64,000 bases of DNA, from NCBI GenBank assembly GCA_964016885.1, contig OZ024742.1:156488001-156552000 (forward strand). The letters run 5' to 3'. The stretch comes from Eledone cirrhosa. Taxonomy: Eukaryota. Shown piece by piece: positions 1 to 14,650 of this stretch. The notes beneath the pieces are model-generated. The model saw nothing but the letters and a program-made list of their open reading frames with translations. It ran no database searches and was not told where the DNA came from. How positions within the stretch are numbered: position 1 is the stretch's first letter; each line of letters starts with the position of its first letter. The translations under genes and the position numbers were made by a program.

Positions 1-164
1 AACAGGTGAAAATCTTAATGGCCTGTACTATTTCTTTATTTCATAAGTATCTATAGACAAAATAACGTTTGATTGAATGACACTTGTTTAATAACATGCT
101 GACACGTTGATATACATAACATAATATTATTAACTTTGATCCATACCGTTATTTCTCTACCTTT

Positions 165-444
165 ATTTTTCTATCTATGTTTTAAATATAGTTCAAATAT
201 CCAACCTGTAAATTTTTAAGGAACTGATTTCAAACTGGGAATAATTCATGCGTTTAGACTCCTTTATTTATATATATGTATGTATTCAACATTTGCATGT
301 ATTTAAATACACCTACATTTATTTTTCTATCTATGTTTTAAATATAGTTCAAATATCTAACCTGTAAATTATTACGGACCTTATTTTGAACTGTGAATCA
401 TTCATGCGTTTACACTCTTTTATATATATATGTATGTATTTAAC
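165..444. repeat. Diverged tandem duplication, about 156-bp period
   Basis: atttttctatctatgttttaaatatagttcaaatat...tcatgcgttta...tatgtatgtatt occurs at ~165-290 and ~321-444. Confidence 0.8.
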
Positions 445-1299
445 TTTCCCTTGTTTGAATCTACTATATAAGATTATAATCGTTATCATTCACCAAAAGT
501 ATGCTGTCTCATTAATACTTAGTATATCTCTCTATACCATTTTTTTTTGCAGTTATGTTTAATCATATTGTTAGTCACGTATATCTCAGCTTTTGTTTTT
601 TTTTTGCATCTATATCTATAGTGTACAATAACTCAATCATTATTACCGTTTCGGTTTAACGCTATATATAGTTTGTGCAAATATAGATATATTATACAAT
701 AACACATTTATTGTTAAGAGTTCTTTCCTCCCATGAAGGTAGAATTAATATAGTGATTTCATATAATATAATAAATATTAACGATAATTGTACACATATA
801 TATGTATATATATATGGCTGAAAACTATGGGTTAATCATTAAACTTTAAACACTGTATCTACTTGTAAATACATTTTTCGATATTTCTAACTTTAAGTAC
901 TTCATAATCTTTACATACCGAAAAAGTTGTCTCTCTTACAGGTAATGTTTGTTAAAGATTACATTTTATGGGAATATTGAACAGTGTAAATTTTCCTTTC
1001 GCGGGCCAAGTAAATCCTTTAAATATGTTTTCATTAAATTCAGAATTTTAAAAATGTAACACATTTAAAAGAATTTTATTAAATTTATAAAATTAATAAT
1101 TATAAATAACCATCAACTTTTAAAAACTCAATATTTTGATTCTTCGCCCTTAAATAATATAAATTAAATATTTCGAAACTTAACCGTTTAGTCCTTAAGG
1201 GGAAACATTTTTTTCTGCATAAATTACTCTCTTTTATCTCTCCCTCTCTTTAAGCATCTATCAGTTGCCTTCATAAACTGTAATACAATTATAATTCCA

Positions 1300-1500
1300 G
1301 AGATGTCTTCCTCGATAACCATAATTTGAAGTATCCCACATTTTAAAATATCTATAACTGTTATATTAAGCAACGTTTTTCTTACTCATACATTCTCTAT
1401 TGAATTTATTACGCTTTCGCATTTTCTCATTATTAGGGTATAAATATAAAGTTTTCTCATAGGTTAATCACTACCTTGATTAAATCTTAACCATTTAACA
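1300..1500 (-). pseudogene. Possible highly decayed C-terminus of a Penelope-like GIY-YIG ORF
   Basis: Minus-strand translation gives a Cys/EK segment resembling the relic at 24840-25250; an HHR relic is adjacent. Confidence 0.25.
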
Positions 1501-1521
1501 TCTCAGGGTATGTCATGTATC

Positions 1522-1579
1522 ATTTTATTTTTTCTGATGAGGACGTACTGTTTTACATCTGAAGTATGTATAATAAAAT
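1522..1579 (+). ncRNA. Decayed minimal type I hammerhead ribozyme
   Basis: ttttatt..CTGATGA-ggacgta ctgttt tacatct-GAAg-tatg-TA-taataaaa; stem II has 1 mismatch and GAAA is mutated to GAAG. Confidence 0.5.
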
Positions 1580-1687
1580 TTAATTGATCAAAAGAACATA
1601 TATTTTATTAATATTTGTATTTTAATATTAATATCTCTCGAAAATATTTTTCAAGTAGAGTGCTTCCAATCTACTGTAAAACTCATT

Positions 1688-1737
<50 letters not shown>

Positions 1738-1849
1738 TAAGAGGAATTCTAACTTTGTCTGATTTACTCGTTTTATTTACAATCCTTTAACATTTATAAT
1801 GGTATTATAATGAAATAGTATGATAGAATATTAAATTCTAAGTGTTAAT

Positions 1850-1888
1850 TGAACAAGTACTTTCATGCTTTCGCAATCTTCAGGTTCA
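1850..1888 (-). ncRNA. Minimal type I hammerhead ribozyme (family C), intact core
   Basis: Reverse complement: tgaac CTGAAGA t-tgc gaaa gca-t GAAA gtac TT gttca; stem I tgaac/gttca, GAAA-tetraloop stem II, palindromic gtac stem III. Confidence 0.8.
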
Positions 1889-1961
1889 TAATATGTGGTG
1901 ACAGTCAAGTTTGCAATTTTCAACAGTTGAAAATTGCAAACTTGACTATCACGACATATTA

Positions 1962-2000
1962 TGAACTTGAAGATTGCGAAAGCATGAAAGTACTTGTTCA
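1962..2000 (+). ncRNA. Hammerhead (family C), mirror copy with C3U core mutation
   Basis: tgaac TTGAAGA ttgcgaaagcat GAAA gtac TT gttca. Confidence 0.7.
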
Positions 2001-2150
2001 ATTAACACTTAGAATTTAATATTCTATCATACTATTTCATTATAATACCATTATAAATTATAACGGATTGTAAATAAAACGAGTAAATCAGACAAAGTTG
2101 GAATTCCTCTTATTAATATAATCTTCTATACACAATCATACACACCCGTG

Positions 2151-2538
<388 letters not shown>

Positions 2539-2568
2539 AGATCAAAAGATGGTTAAAAGAGTTCCATG

Positions 2569-2639
2569 TATTTTATTATGCGCATTTCAAAAACAAATAT
2601 CATCATGCAATAACATTTCTGTTTTCATCAGATAAAATA
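2569..2639 (-). ncRNA. Type I hammerhead ribozyme (family E), minus-strand copy
   Basis: Near reverse complement of 2883-2953; CTGATGA and GAAA-tgcgca-TA intact. Confidence 0.85.
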
Positions 2640-2882
2640 GGAAGACATGATATGAAGGTTAAAAAACACATGTGAATAGTGCAGTTTTAAATAAAAATAT
2701 GTAAAAGATATGTTGATTTAAAAATAACATTTGTGTTTTCATCAGATAAAATAGGAAGACATGATATGAAGGTTAAAAAACACTTGTGAATAGTGTAGTT
2801 TTAAATCAACATATATATAAAATATGTTGATTTAAAACTGCACTATTCACAAGTGTTTTTTAACCTTCATATTATGTCTTCC

Positions 2883-2953
2883 TATTTTATCTGATGAAAA
2901 CACAAATGTTATTGCATGATGAGATTTGTTTTTGAAATGCGCATAATAAAATA
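2883..2953 (+). ncRNA. Type I hammerhead ribozyme (family E)
   Basis: tattttat CTGATGA aaacacaaat...atttgttttt GAAA tgcgca TA ataaaata; perfect 8-bp stem I, long stem II, palindromic stem III. Confidence 0.88.
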
Positions 2954-3091
2954 TATGGAACTCTTTTAACCATCTTTTGATCTTATATATTATGTATACT
3001 CCAGTCCTTCAAACTGTAGAGTGCTTCTTATCCGATATCTGCATTGCTTTATTGTACTACAATAAAACTCACCTCCTATATATATATATAC

Positions 3092-3197
<106 letters not shown>

Positions 3198-3617
3198 TCA
3201 TATATTTATTTATATATATATATCAATGCATGCATTGGAAATAAATGTGCGAGTGGATGAACATCTATCTATTTAAGCGTATAGGTATATCTTATTCATA
3301 ATAACCTTTTACATTCACTTTCTAGTCTATTATGGTGTTATGATTGACTATTTAGATATTGATTCCGTCACGTAATTTCTCAAGATTTGATTCTTCTCTC
3401 ATCAGACGTCTTACCGTTGCCGAATATTCCAGGAAATGTAAAACGATCGGTATATCATAATTATGAGAAAAAGATACAATCGAAGATATTGAAGATGAAC
3501 TGAAATTATGCATTACTCACACTGTCACAAACACACACAAACACAAACACATACACACAGACACACATACACACACACACACACTCACACACATACACAC
3601 ATACATATATATATATA

Positions 3618-3706
<89 letters not shown>

Positions 3707-4202
3707 TTATATACATGTATATATATATATACATGTATATATAAATATATATATACATTTTTATAATGTGTTATAATGTTACATACGTACAAACACAGAC
3801 GCACATACAGTCATACACACACACTTACACACACACACACATACACATATATATATGTTATATTATTATATGTTATTCGTTCCAAGATATAAATGCAGAG
3901 ATTTGAGAAAAAATTATATCACATAGAAATTGCCTGAAGCAATAAATTTCCCCATCAACAATCATTTGTGAGGATATACAAATCGCTCCTAGAATTATTC
4001 TTTCAGTCTTCGTTATCCACACATTGAGTCTTCCTCTCACTCTTTCACTCTCTCTCACGTTCCCTCTCTCCGTCTTTCTCTCACACATATTACCTCACTG
4101 ATGTAAATATATATATATATATATATTTTCGTGGCTGTGTATTTGTGTGTAAGCTGAACATATTTTAAATTATACCACATATTATCTATTTATATATATA
4201 TA

Positions 4203-4273
<71 letters not shown>

Positions 4274-4287
4274 ATGTGTGTGTGTGT

Positions 4288-4325
<38 letters not shown>

Positions 4326-4434
4326 GTGTGTGTGAGTGTGGTGTGTATCTCTCTGTGTGTATGTATATGTATTATATATATATGTATATATATATGATAA
4401 AGAACACAAGAGCGTCTACACCATCAAAATATTT

Positions 4435-4490
4435 TTATTGGCTTACAATGTTTCTTTCTTACGTAACCGTAGGATTCGTCAGAGCTATAA
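4435..4490 (-). ncRNA. Slightly decayed minimal hammerhead ribozyme (further family)
   Basis: Reverse complement: ttatagct CTGACGA a-tcctacg gtta cgtaaga-a GAAA cattg TA agccaataa; lies ~40 nt from a (TA)n tract. Confidence 0.65.
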
Positions 4491-5313
4491 AAGGGCTTTG
4501 ATTGGTGTTATGGACTCTACCAACCAAACATTCAAGAACAATGAGTAAAGAGAGTAAATAACAAAAGCAGGAGACGATAAGTCTAATTTTGGTGCGGGAG
4601 GGTGGGGTGTGGGTCTTGTTTACTAGCTGTGGTCATATTCATTCCCGGGAGTCGAGTGGTTAGTTGAGCCATAGATGGGGTGGCGTCGATAGTAGGGTGC
4701 AAAGGGTGTGCAGAGGCTACACACACACAAAGTGCATACAATATATATATAACGGAGGAGAAAGTACATGAGGTAATTAGAAATGGAAAAAGAGTAATAA
4801 TAATAATCTATAATTAATAATGTATAAGGCATGGGGAAGATTACACTATAATAAGGTATAAAAGTAAGAATAAGGTAAGATATGAAGGAGGATAGAAGTG
4901 AAAATAAGAATAAAGATAAAAAAATATATATATATAAATTAAAAAATATATAGAGAATATAGAAAGCTATATAAGCAAGTATTAGAAAGGGAAAAACACA
5001 ATGTAAAAAAAACGATTTTTTCAAATAAAAACATTATAAATATATAGGGGAGAAAACGGGATAGAGAAATATAATCAAACGTGATTAGTTGAGAGAATAT
5101 ACGATGATAATAGTTATGTCAAGTTTATATATCTTAATAATAAATTATCTGTATATCAGAGTTACACATACAATACCTAACTCCTATTAACCTAAGTATA
5201 TATATATATATAAGTACGTATATATATATATAGTACATATACATACATATATATATATATAATACATATACATGGGAAATGAAATTTCTTTCATTTTTTT
5301 CCGTTTATATATA

Positions 5314-6351
<1,038 letters not shown>

Positions 6352-6638
6352 AAAACAAATAACGAAACGAAATTAAAATTCGTTTCGCTTCTAACTCACT
6401 TTTGTATGACTGACGCTTAAACAATTAAGTTAAAGTGTACATCTACATATGTATACGGAAGTACTAGTATGCATATAAATACACATATGTATACATATGT
6501 ACATGTACCGAGCTTTTCACTAGACACTTTACAGTGAGTGTCCAGCTAGTCTGTATGTAAACACACAGACGAACCGGGTTTTAAAGTCATACGGGTTTTC
6601 AAGGAAACACACTTCCTCTATTCTCCAGAGAGCCAGAC

Positions 6639-6691
6639 AGGAATATTGGACTAGTTGCGATGTTATTACATCTCATCAGCAATATATACCT
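6639..6691 (-). ncRNA. Hammerhead (family A) with GAAA mutated to GCAA
   Basis: Reverse complement: aggtatatattg CTGATGA gatgt aata acatc GCAA ctag TC caatattcct. Confidence 0.8.
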
Positions 6692-7223
6692 ATCTTCTGG
6701 CTTCTCCGGAGAATTGTAAAAGCACATATCGTTATATGCTTTTTCAATGAAAATCAGTAGTGGGCAGACTAATTTGCATAGAACGTGAGTCATTGTACGC
6801 GCCGGTTCAGCGGAAACGATAAAAACAAATAACGAAACGAAATTAAATTTCGTTTCGCTTCTAACTCACTTTTGTATGCTGACGCTTAAACAATTAAGTT
6901 AAAGTGTACATCTACATATGTATACGGAAGTACTAGTATGCATATAACTACACATATGTATACATATGTACATGTACCGAGCTTTTCACTAGACACTTTA
7001 CAGTGAGTGTCCAGCTAGTCTGTATGTAAACACACAGACGAACCGGGTTTTAAAGTCAAACGGGTTTTCAAGGAAACACACGTCCTCTATTCTCCAGAGA
7101 GCCAGACAGGAATATTGGACTAGTTTCGATGTTCTATGCAAATTAGTCTGCCCACTACTGATTTTCATAGAAAAAGCATATAACGATATGTGCTTTTACA
7201 ATTCTCCGGAGAAGCCAGAAGAT

Positions 7224-7276
7224 AGGTATATATTGCTGATGAGATGTAATAACATCGAAACTAGTCCAATATTCCT
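7224..7276 (+). ncRNA. Intact minimal type I hammerhead (family A), predicted GUC cleavage after 7266
   Basis: aggtatatattg CTGATGA gatgt aata acatc GAAA ctag TC caatattcct. Confidence 0.92.
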
Positions 7277-7605
7277 GTCTGGCTCTCTGGGGAATAGAGG
7301 AAGTGTGTTTCCTTGAAAACCCGTATGACTTTAAAACCCGGTTCGTCTGTGTGTTTACATACAGACTAGCTGGACACTCACTGTAAAGTGTCTAGTGAAA
7401 AGCTCGGTACATGTACATATGTATACATATGTGTATTTATATGCATACTAGTACTTCCGTATACATATGTAGATGTACACATTAACTTAATTGTTTAAGC
7501 GTCAGTCATACAAAAGTGAGTTAGAAGCGAAACGAAATTTAATTTCGTTTCGTTATTTGTTTTTATCGTTTCCGCTGAACCGGCGCGTACAATGACTCAC
7601 GCTCT

Positions 7606-7613
7606 ATGCAAAT
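7606..7613 (+). promoter_or_regulatory. Octamer motif ATGCAAAT conserved in family A/B units (candidate snRNA-type distal element)
   Basis: Also at 7136, 9257, 22485, 22630, 23039, 40100 (+) and 6772, 39657, 62275 (-). Confidence 0.5.
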
Positions 7614-7693
7614 TAGTCTGCCCACTACTGATTTTCATTGAAAAAGCATATATCGATATGTGCTTTTACAATTCTCCGGAGAAGCCAGAAGAT

Positions 7694-7746
7694 AGGTATA
7701 TATTGCTGATGAGATGTAATAACATCGAAACTAGTCCAATATTCCT
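7694..7746 (+). ncRNA. Intact minimal type I hammerhead (family A), predicted cleavage after 7736
   Basis: Identical motif exactly 470 nt downstream of the 7224 copy. Confidence 0.92.
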
Positions 7747-7962
7747 GTCTGGCACTCTGGAGAATAGAGGAAGTGTGTTTCCTTGAAAACCCGTATGACT
7801 TTAAAACCCGGTTCGTCTGTGTGTTTACATACAGACTAGCTGGACACTCACTGTAAAGTGTCTAGTGATAAGCTCGGTACATGTACATATGTATACATAT
7901 GTGTATTTATATGCATACTAGTACTTCCGTATACATATGTAGATGTACACTTTAACTTAATT

Positions 7963-8033
<71 letters not shown>

Positions 8034-8769
8034 CGTGTGTGTGTGTGTTTGTGTATATGTTGGTGAGTGGGGAAGATGGCAGTGCTGAACTACTTTCCAA
8101 TACTTCTACTGAAAGAACGACAGTGATCCTGTTCGAACATTATTATAAGGACTTTCCATACTTACTCATTAACATTTTATGCTTAGCTACGTACCCTAGG
8201 CTTAATAGAGTGTTGCTCAGTTCTTTGAACATATTTGCATGCTATTAGTAGGCGGCGCATAAGTCCTAATATAAGAGTATTATTTAATGCATAAACTGCA
8301 AGTATAATCATGTGTATACTCTTCGCATATCTACTTAATAATTCAGCCATTAACAGAGATGATTGCTCAAGTACAAGTTCTGAAATATTGATATGCCTGA
8401 ATCAGATGATCTTCATTTACTTTTGCTGAACTTCAGAGATTCTATAGTTTTGTAGAAGCGTTGATTTAATTTCGTCTCGAATAACCACTAAACCTATTAG
8501 TCCAAACTTCTCAGAGCTTTTGAGTATGAAAGCCTTATGTTTGCTGTGACGTGCTTAGGTGTTGTTTGGGTCATGGTGGCATGTTGAGACTGGTCGGATT
8601 CATGTTGCTTGGCCTTCTATCCAGATCTTCACAACCCTTTCAAACCCAGCTTGTTGTAAGACCCGGGGAAAGAACTGAAGAAACATGGATCCCCTTGTGA
8701 CTCAGGATCCTCAGAATTACCATAATTACCGGATATGCTATGCTGGTGACAGTGAAAATGGTGGTGACG

Positions 8770-9687
<918 letters not shown>

Positions 9688-9688
9688 T

Positions 9689-10117
9689 AGACCTGAAAAA
9701 TGGTCAAGCTCAAAGGAGCCACTAACTGTTATAATAAACCTTCAAAAGTGTGGGACTAGAGATGTTGCTCAAAAATATTGTAATCCTTATCTATCGCACA
9801 CTCCGTGGCATCCTTTTATAAAAATGAGACTCATAACGAACTAAAGACGACACGATAATTAGTTAAGCCAGTGTTCAATATCTCATATTAGATGTTTAGT
9901 AATGATTAATACGAAATGCACTTAAACCGAATTCTATATTATAAAAAATGTTCGTGTCGTCTTCAGTCGTTATGAGTCTTTTTTATAAAAGGATGCCACA
10001 GAGTGTACGATAGATAATGATTATAATATTTTTGAGCAACAACTCTAGTCCCACACTTCTGAAGGTTTATAATAACATTCTGTGGTTCTTTTGAAATTGC
10101 ACATTCGTGAGGTTTAG
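9689..10117. mobile_element. MITE-like inverted repeat: ~165-bp arms, ~100-bp spacer
   Basis: aaaccttcaaaagtgtgggactagag...cgacacga mirrored by tcgtgtcg...ctctagtcccacacttctgaaggttt. Confidence 0.7.
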
Positions 10118-10633
10118 ATTAAACATGTTTTAAGGTAACGCTTGACATAACTCTAGTTAAACATGATATATATTAATAATAAATTATCGTTGTAAGGTAA
10201 TTAGATTATATAATTGTTATTTTATAAATGATCTTATGCTAAATGATCTCATGCTAAATGATCTTATGCTAAATAGTTTTAAATGTCGGATTTTTCCAGC
10301 CCATATTCCCAGAGAGAAGTGTTATTTGTGGGTCCTTTCATGCATATTGCAAAATTCATTGCCACAGTATTCTTATTGTGTAAGATGCCATTCATTACAT
10401 TGGCGGTAACGCTAGAAATTCTCCTGGGTGAATTGAAGCTTGCACAAATTAAATAGCTGCAATAGATTCGTGGTCAATTTGCATATATATTACAAATATA
10501 TATACATACACAAAATGGTTACAGACACACATATACAGACATACACACACTATCACTCTCTCTCTCCCTCTCTCGCACACACAAATATGCATAAGGAAAG
10601 TATATACTTTCAGACGTTCAATCATCTGGCAGG

Positions 10634-10688
10634 AAGGAATACGGTGCTGACGATAGCTAATAAGCTTGAAACTCGTACATCATTCCTT
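10634..10688 (+). ncRNA. Hammerhead (family B) within B copy 10585-10963
   Basis: aaggaat acggtg CTGACGA tagct aata agctt GAAA ctcg TA catcattcctt. Confidence 0.78.
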
Positions 10689-10802
10689 TGTCAGTGTTGA
10701 ACAAAAAGGTCAACGATGGTTGATAAACAAAGTACGGCTTAATTCGGGATGTTTGTTTACAAACAAACCCAGCATTACAATAAATGTTCGGTAAATCCAT
10801 AC

Positions 10803-10889
<87 letters not shown>

Positions 10890-12789
10890 CATGTATGTAT
10901 ATATATACATACTACTATATGCCTGTATACATATATGTATGTATGTACATATACTTATATATACGTGTTTGCGTTTTAATTGGGTGCATATGCAGTGGAA
11001 TGCTTTGATATAATGAAGAACATAGGAGATGATCAAACTATTAGAGGAACTACCCAAAATTAGTCTTCCTTATACCTTGGACCCAGCCACTCACCGCTAC
11101 CTATGGGCCGGATTATGATCCAACGAACCCTCTGGATTATTTTTTCGCTGTTCGGCTTTATGGAACTTTTATGGAACTTTTCGTCTACTCTCTTATCTAC
11201 ACCAATACCTTTTTTTCCGTTTATACATTTCTGTTTACTTATATTTTTTATTTGAACCCTTTTTCATTATTTGTTGCATTTATTCTTTCTTATTTTTTTC
11301 TGATATTGTCTTATCTCTTCATATTCTATTTTACACCCCCATTATATAAAATACTTCTATATATTTTCGTCATGTTATTATTACTTTCTTACTTTTCTGT
11401 ATCCCATCTAATGGCAATTGATTGAAATATGTATATTGTACTACACCTAATAGTACATTCCATATATAATATATTATATATTATTCAATATCTCCTAGAT
11501 TCAGTAATAACCCCTGTTTTAATTTAATTTTATTTTTACTTTAATGTTACTTAGTTTGATTTAATTTTATCAAAAATCAGAAATAACTTCAAAAGGCAGA
11601 AATAACTTCAGCTAAGCATAACCTTTTCCTGACTATGGTTTCTAGCAAAGTTTGATATTGTGCCCACCTCTCTCTCAGAATGTATAACGCCGTAGACGTA
11701 ACCAAGAATATGTAATTTTCTGTATATATGTTTACCTTCATACTATATTCGTCGATATGTGGGCATTGGTCAGGTAATCCGTGGCCATTTAAATAACATG
11801 TTGTTAAGACTAACTTTCGCTATGAACTTGAGGGCTTGGAATTGTATGAATTAATTAATCAATTTCCCGTCCCTTGATTTTTTAAATATACTCAATCATT
11901 TGAAAACTATTTAATTACGACTTTACACTCGAATACGGGACTGGTTGAGGATAAAGCACACCAATTTAACCCTAAACGCAAAAACGCATATATACACACG
12001 AATAAACCTTGTAAAATATGAGCCATCGGAGATATCAAAAATAAAATAACTACCAATATTTAACAAATTATAGCAAACATTATTGTATACGATTAACCTT
12101 GTTATTGATGCAACATTACTACATTATATATTGTTAGTATATTTTTTCTATCTTGTCTCAGCTCCTATTTTGAGCTAGACCTATTATTATAGCTATGCTC
12201 CCCTTTAAGTACTGTCACGGTAGAGTGACTTTTCTGAAAAGCGACTGATAGATTTGAATGTTTATATATGCATAGCAGCGTAGCCAACATTCTGTTGGGA
12301 GAATATGTGTGTCAGGAATTGACCGCCCTACCCCCTGTACCGCATGGAGTGGCATTCGTGAGACGGCCTCATACCAAAAACATAACAGCTTTTTCTTTGC
12401 AGGCAGTCCCTTAGAGTTTTGTGTCACATTTGCTACAATTAGTAGAAACTATTTTACTGTTTTATGATATATTTTCCCCTTTCAAGCGATAAGGCGTCAC
12501 CCGTTTGGTTTTCCGTTGTGAATTTCATTTAGCCGTTCGTTGTAGATGAAGCCTGTGGGTAGTCTATGAATAATAGCTGTGTTAGATTGGTTTCTAATCG
12601 ACTGTTAAATGTATATCTCTTTAGACAGCCAGAACAATGAGAATGCTGGCATTTGTTTTAACGAATCTTTGATACACCTGACTGATATCGAATGCATTTA
12701 AATTCCAGTCGGTTACATCGATACCACCGTAAATATGCAATAAAACCAAGGAGAAATAATGGTCAAAAGTATACACAACGTATCATAAT

Positions 12790-12987
12790 TGTTTCTACTT
12801 TAGGCACAAGGCCAGCAATTATCCAGTACATTATTACTGGTACATTATTTTATCGACCCCGTAAGGATGATATCCCGCCGAGGTTAAAAGTTAACCTCGG
12901 CGGGATTTGAACTCAGACTGTAAATGGACGTAACTATGCTAGAAAGCATGGCGTCCAACCCTCTACCGATACTGCCAATTCACCGAC
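12790..12987 (-). mobile_element. tRNA-derived SINE (Meta-type central domain), 14-bp TSD
   Basis: A box tggcagtatcgg, B box gagttcaaatcc; TSD caacgtatcataat at 12776-12789 and 12988-13001. Confidence 0.9.
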
Positions 12988-13599
12988 CAACGTATCATAA
13001 TGTTTTGTAAATGTTGTCGCATGAAACAAAATGAATCAATAAGTCAATACTCCATTCGTTTGAAAACATTTAAAGTTTGCATGCATTAGACAGGATAAAT
13101 AAACATATATTATTTTTAATTGACATTTTTATCGGCTTTATATGTTCATGGCTGGATTGTTGGTAACACAAATATCATCATTGCACATGTATTAATATAA
13201 CAAAATATTGGTTAACTAACGTTAATAATCTATATTTATTAAAAACGTTCAAATACAAGATGTGAATATTTTGTTTGTCTTTGCTGGCGATTAAAGAAAT
13301 TGCGTTAACCATCCAGTATTCTATATCAACGACAGAGGATTTGGTATATATGTATGTATAATAGAAATTATATTTATTTGTGTGTTTGAGTTTGTGTATG
13401 TGTATGTATTTATGTGACTGTGTAAGAGTATGTGTGTGTTGTTGTCGTGCAATGTGCAAAGTTGAAATAAATATGAGCCAATTAGGTGGGACGTCTGAAT
13501 TGTTCATAATGTGATTATTAAGGAGTGATGCTAGATCGGTCAAAACTTGCACGCATGAATTTCATCCTATTGACTCTGTAAACATTACTGCGGAAGCTC

Positions 13600-14420
13600 G
13601 AGCTGTTGCAAGTGATAGTGGTGGTCGGTAATTTCTAAGAGGAGTATGAAATGTTGACGGGAGCAAAGATCAACCTGGAGATGCAAAGATCAGCACTTAG
13701 AGTTTTAAATGATTGCTGGTCAACGCTGGACAGACGAACAGGAGACCTTGCTCGAGTAAAACACCAAGATCGATAAGAATTAACTGCGCGGAGGTAATAA
13801 ACAGCGTAGACACATTTACACAGAAAGGGACGGAGAGCAATATATCCCCGAAACGTGGGAGAGAGGCGGTGAACGCGTACATCTTGCCCGTCATTTATTA
13901 CCACCTGATTATTCTCACCTCACTGCATAGGAAAACCTGCTCTTCAACTTCTTGTTGAAGGGACAGGGTCTAATGATTATGTGATCTATTCTGCCAACAT
14001 CCTCTACGCAGAAGATTGGGCATGCCGTGCCTGAAGATGCGTAAACATAAGCTTGGTCTACGGCATCTTCAGATATTCTAAAACGGTGAACGGGTAAGTT
14101 CGACGTTTGACAGAAATGTTTTTCTACAGCTCATCTCTTTGATTGGGGTTCACTCATGTATCAAGTGGAAAGCGTGACTAGGCGGCCTCTACAAGCGAGG
14201 CAAATCGGTCAATTGAATTTCCAGTCTAGAGTTATGTAGAACACTAATGCTGGGCAATAGTGACGACATTTTCGAAGAGACTCTGGGCCTCGACGAAAAT
14301 GAACGTACTAGTCTGATCTGGAGACGTTTGACTATGCATAAATTCCAGAAATTCCTGTCTTGGCATTGCTATCGGGGGGAATGCGCGCAGAGCAACGAAA
14401 CCGTTCTGCACAGTTTCAAC
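13600..14420 (+). pseudogene. Tx1/L1-clade non-LTR retrotransposon ORF2 relic (RT C-terminus to Cys/His knuckle)
   Basis: Fragments YEMLTGAKIN, GREAVNAYILPVIYY, LFNFLLKG, CQHPL..LGMP, FQKFLSWHCYRG, CAQSNETVLH; frameshifts and stops. Confidence 0.75.
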
Positions 14421-14464
14421 ATATCTTCAATTTCTCTGTTGTATAATTATTTATCAATTATATA

Positions 14465-14650
14465 TTGGATTGGCAGTATCGGTAGAGGATCGGACGCCAT
14501 GCGTTGACGCATAGAGTTACGGCCTTTGCCATTATGAGTTCAAATCCCGCCGAGGTTAACTTTGCCTTTCATCCTTACGGGGTCGATAAAATAACGTACC
14601 AGTAATGCACGGGGTAATTGCTGGCTTTGTGCCAAACGTAGAAACAATTA
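14465..14650 (+). mobile_element. tRNA-derived SINE
   Basis: ggattggcagtatcggtagagg...gagttcaaatcccgccgagg...gcctttcatccttacggggtcgataaaa...gtagaaacaatt. Confidence 0.9.

Larger units (their letters stand above)
1731..2120. repeat. Near-perfect 390-bp palindrome (family C), centre 1925, flanked by (TA)n/(CT)n
   Basis: Arms of ~195 bp are reverse complements around caac-a-gttg, with a few substitutions; diverged single-arm homologue at 55751-55975. Confidence 0.95.

Noticed and set aside
3365-3412. Minus-strand CTGATGA...GAAA
   Set aside because: No convincing stem II or stem III
7592-7786. 64-aa ORF repeated in family A units (also 6599-6793 on -)
   Set aside because: It spans the ribozyme cut site, and the diverged copy at ~62090-62295 lacks the ATG and has an in-frame stop
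10226-10273. Three copies of aaatgatcttatgct
   Set aside because: Ordinary 15-bp minisatellite
14031-14072. ctgaagatgc...gcatcttcag hairpin
   Set aside because: 10-bp stem inside Tx1 coding relic, with no GAAA core
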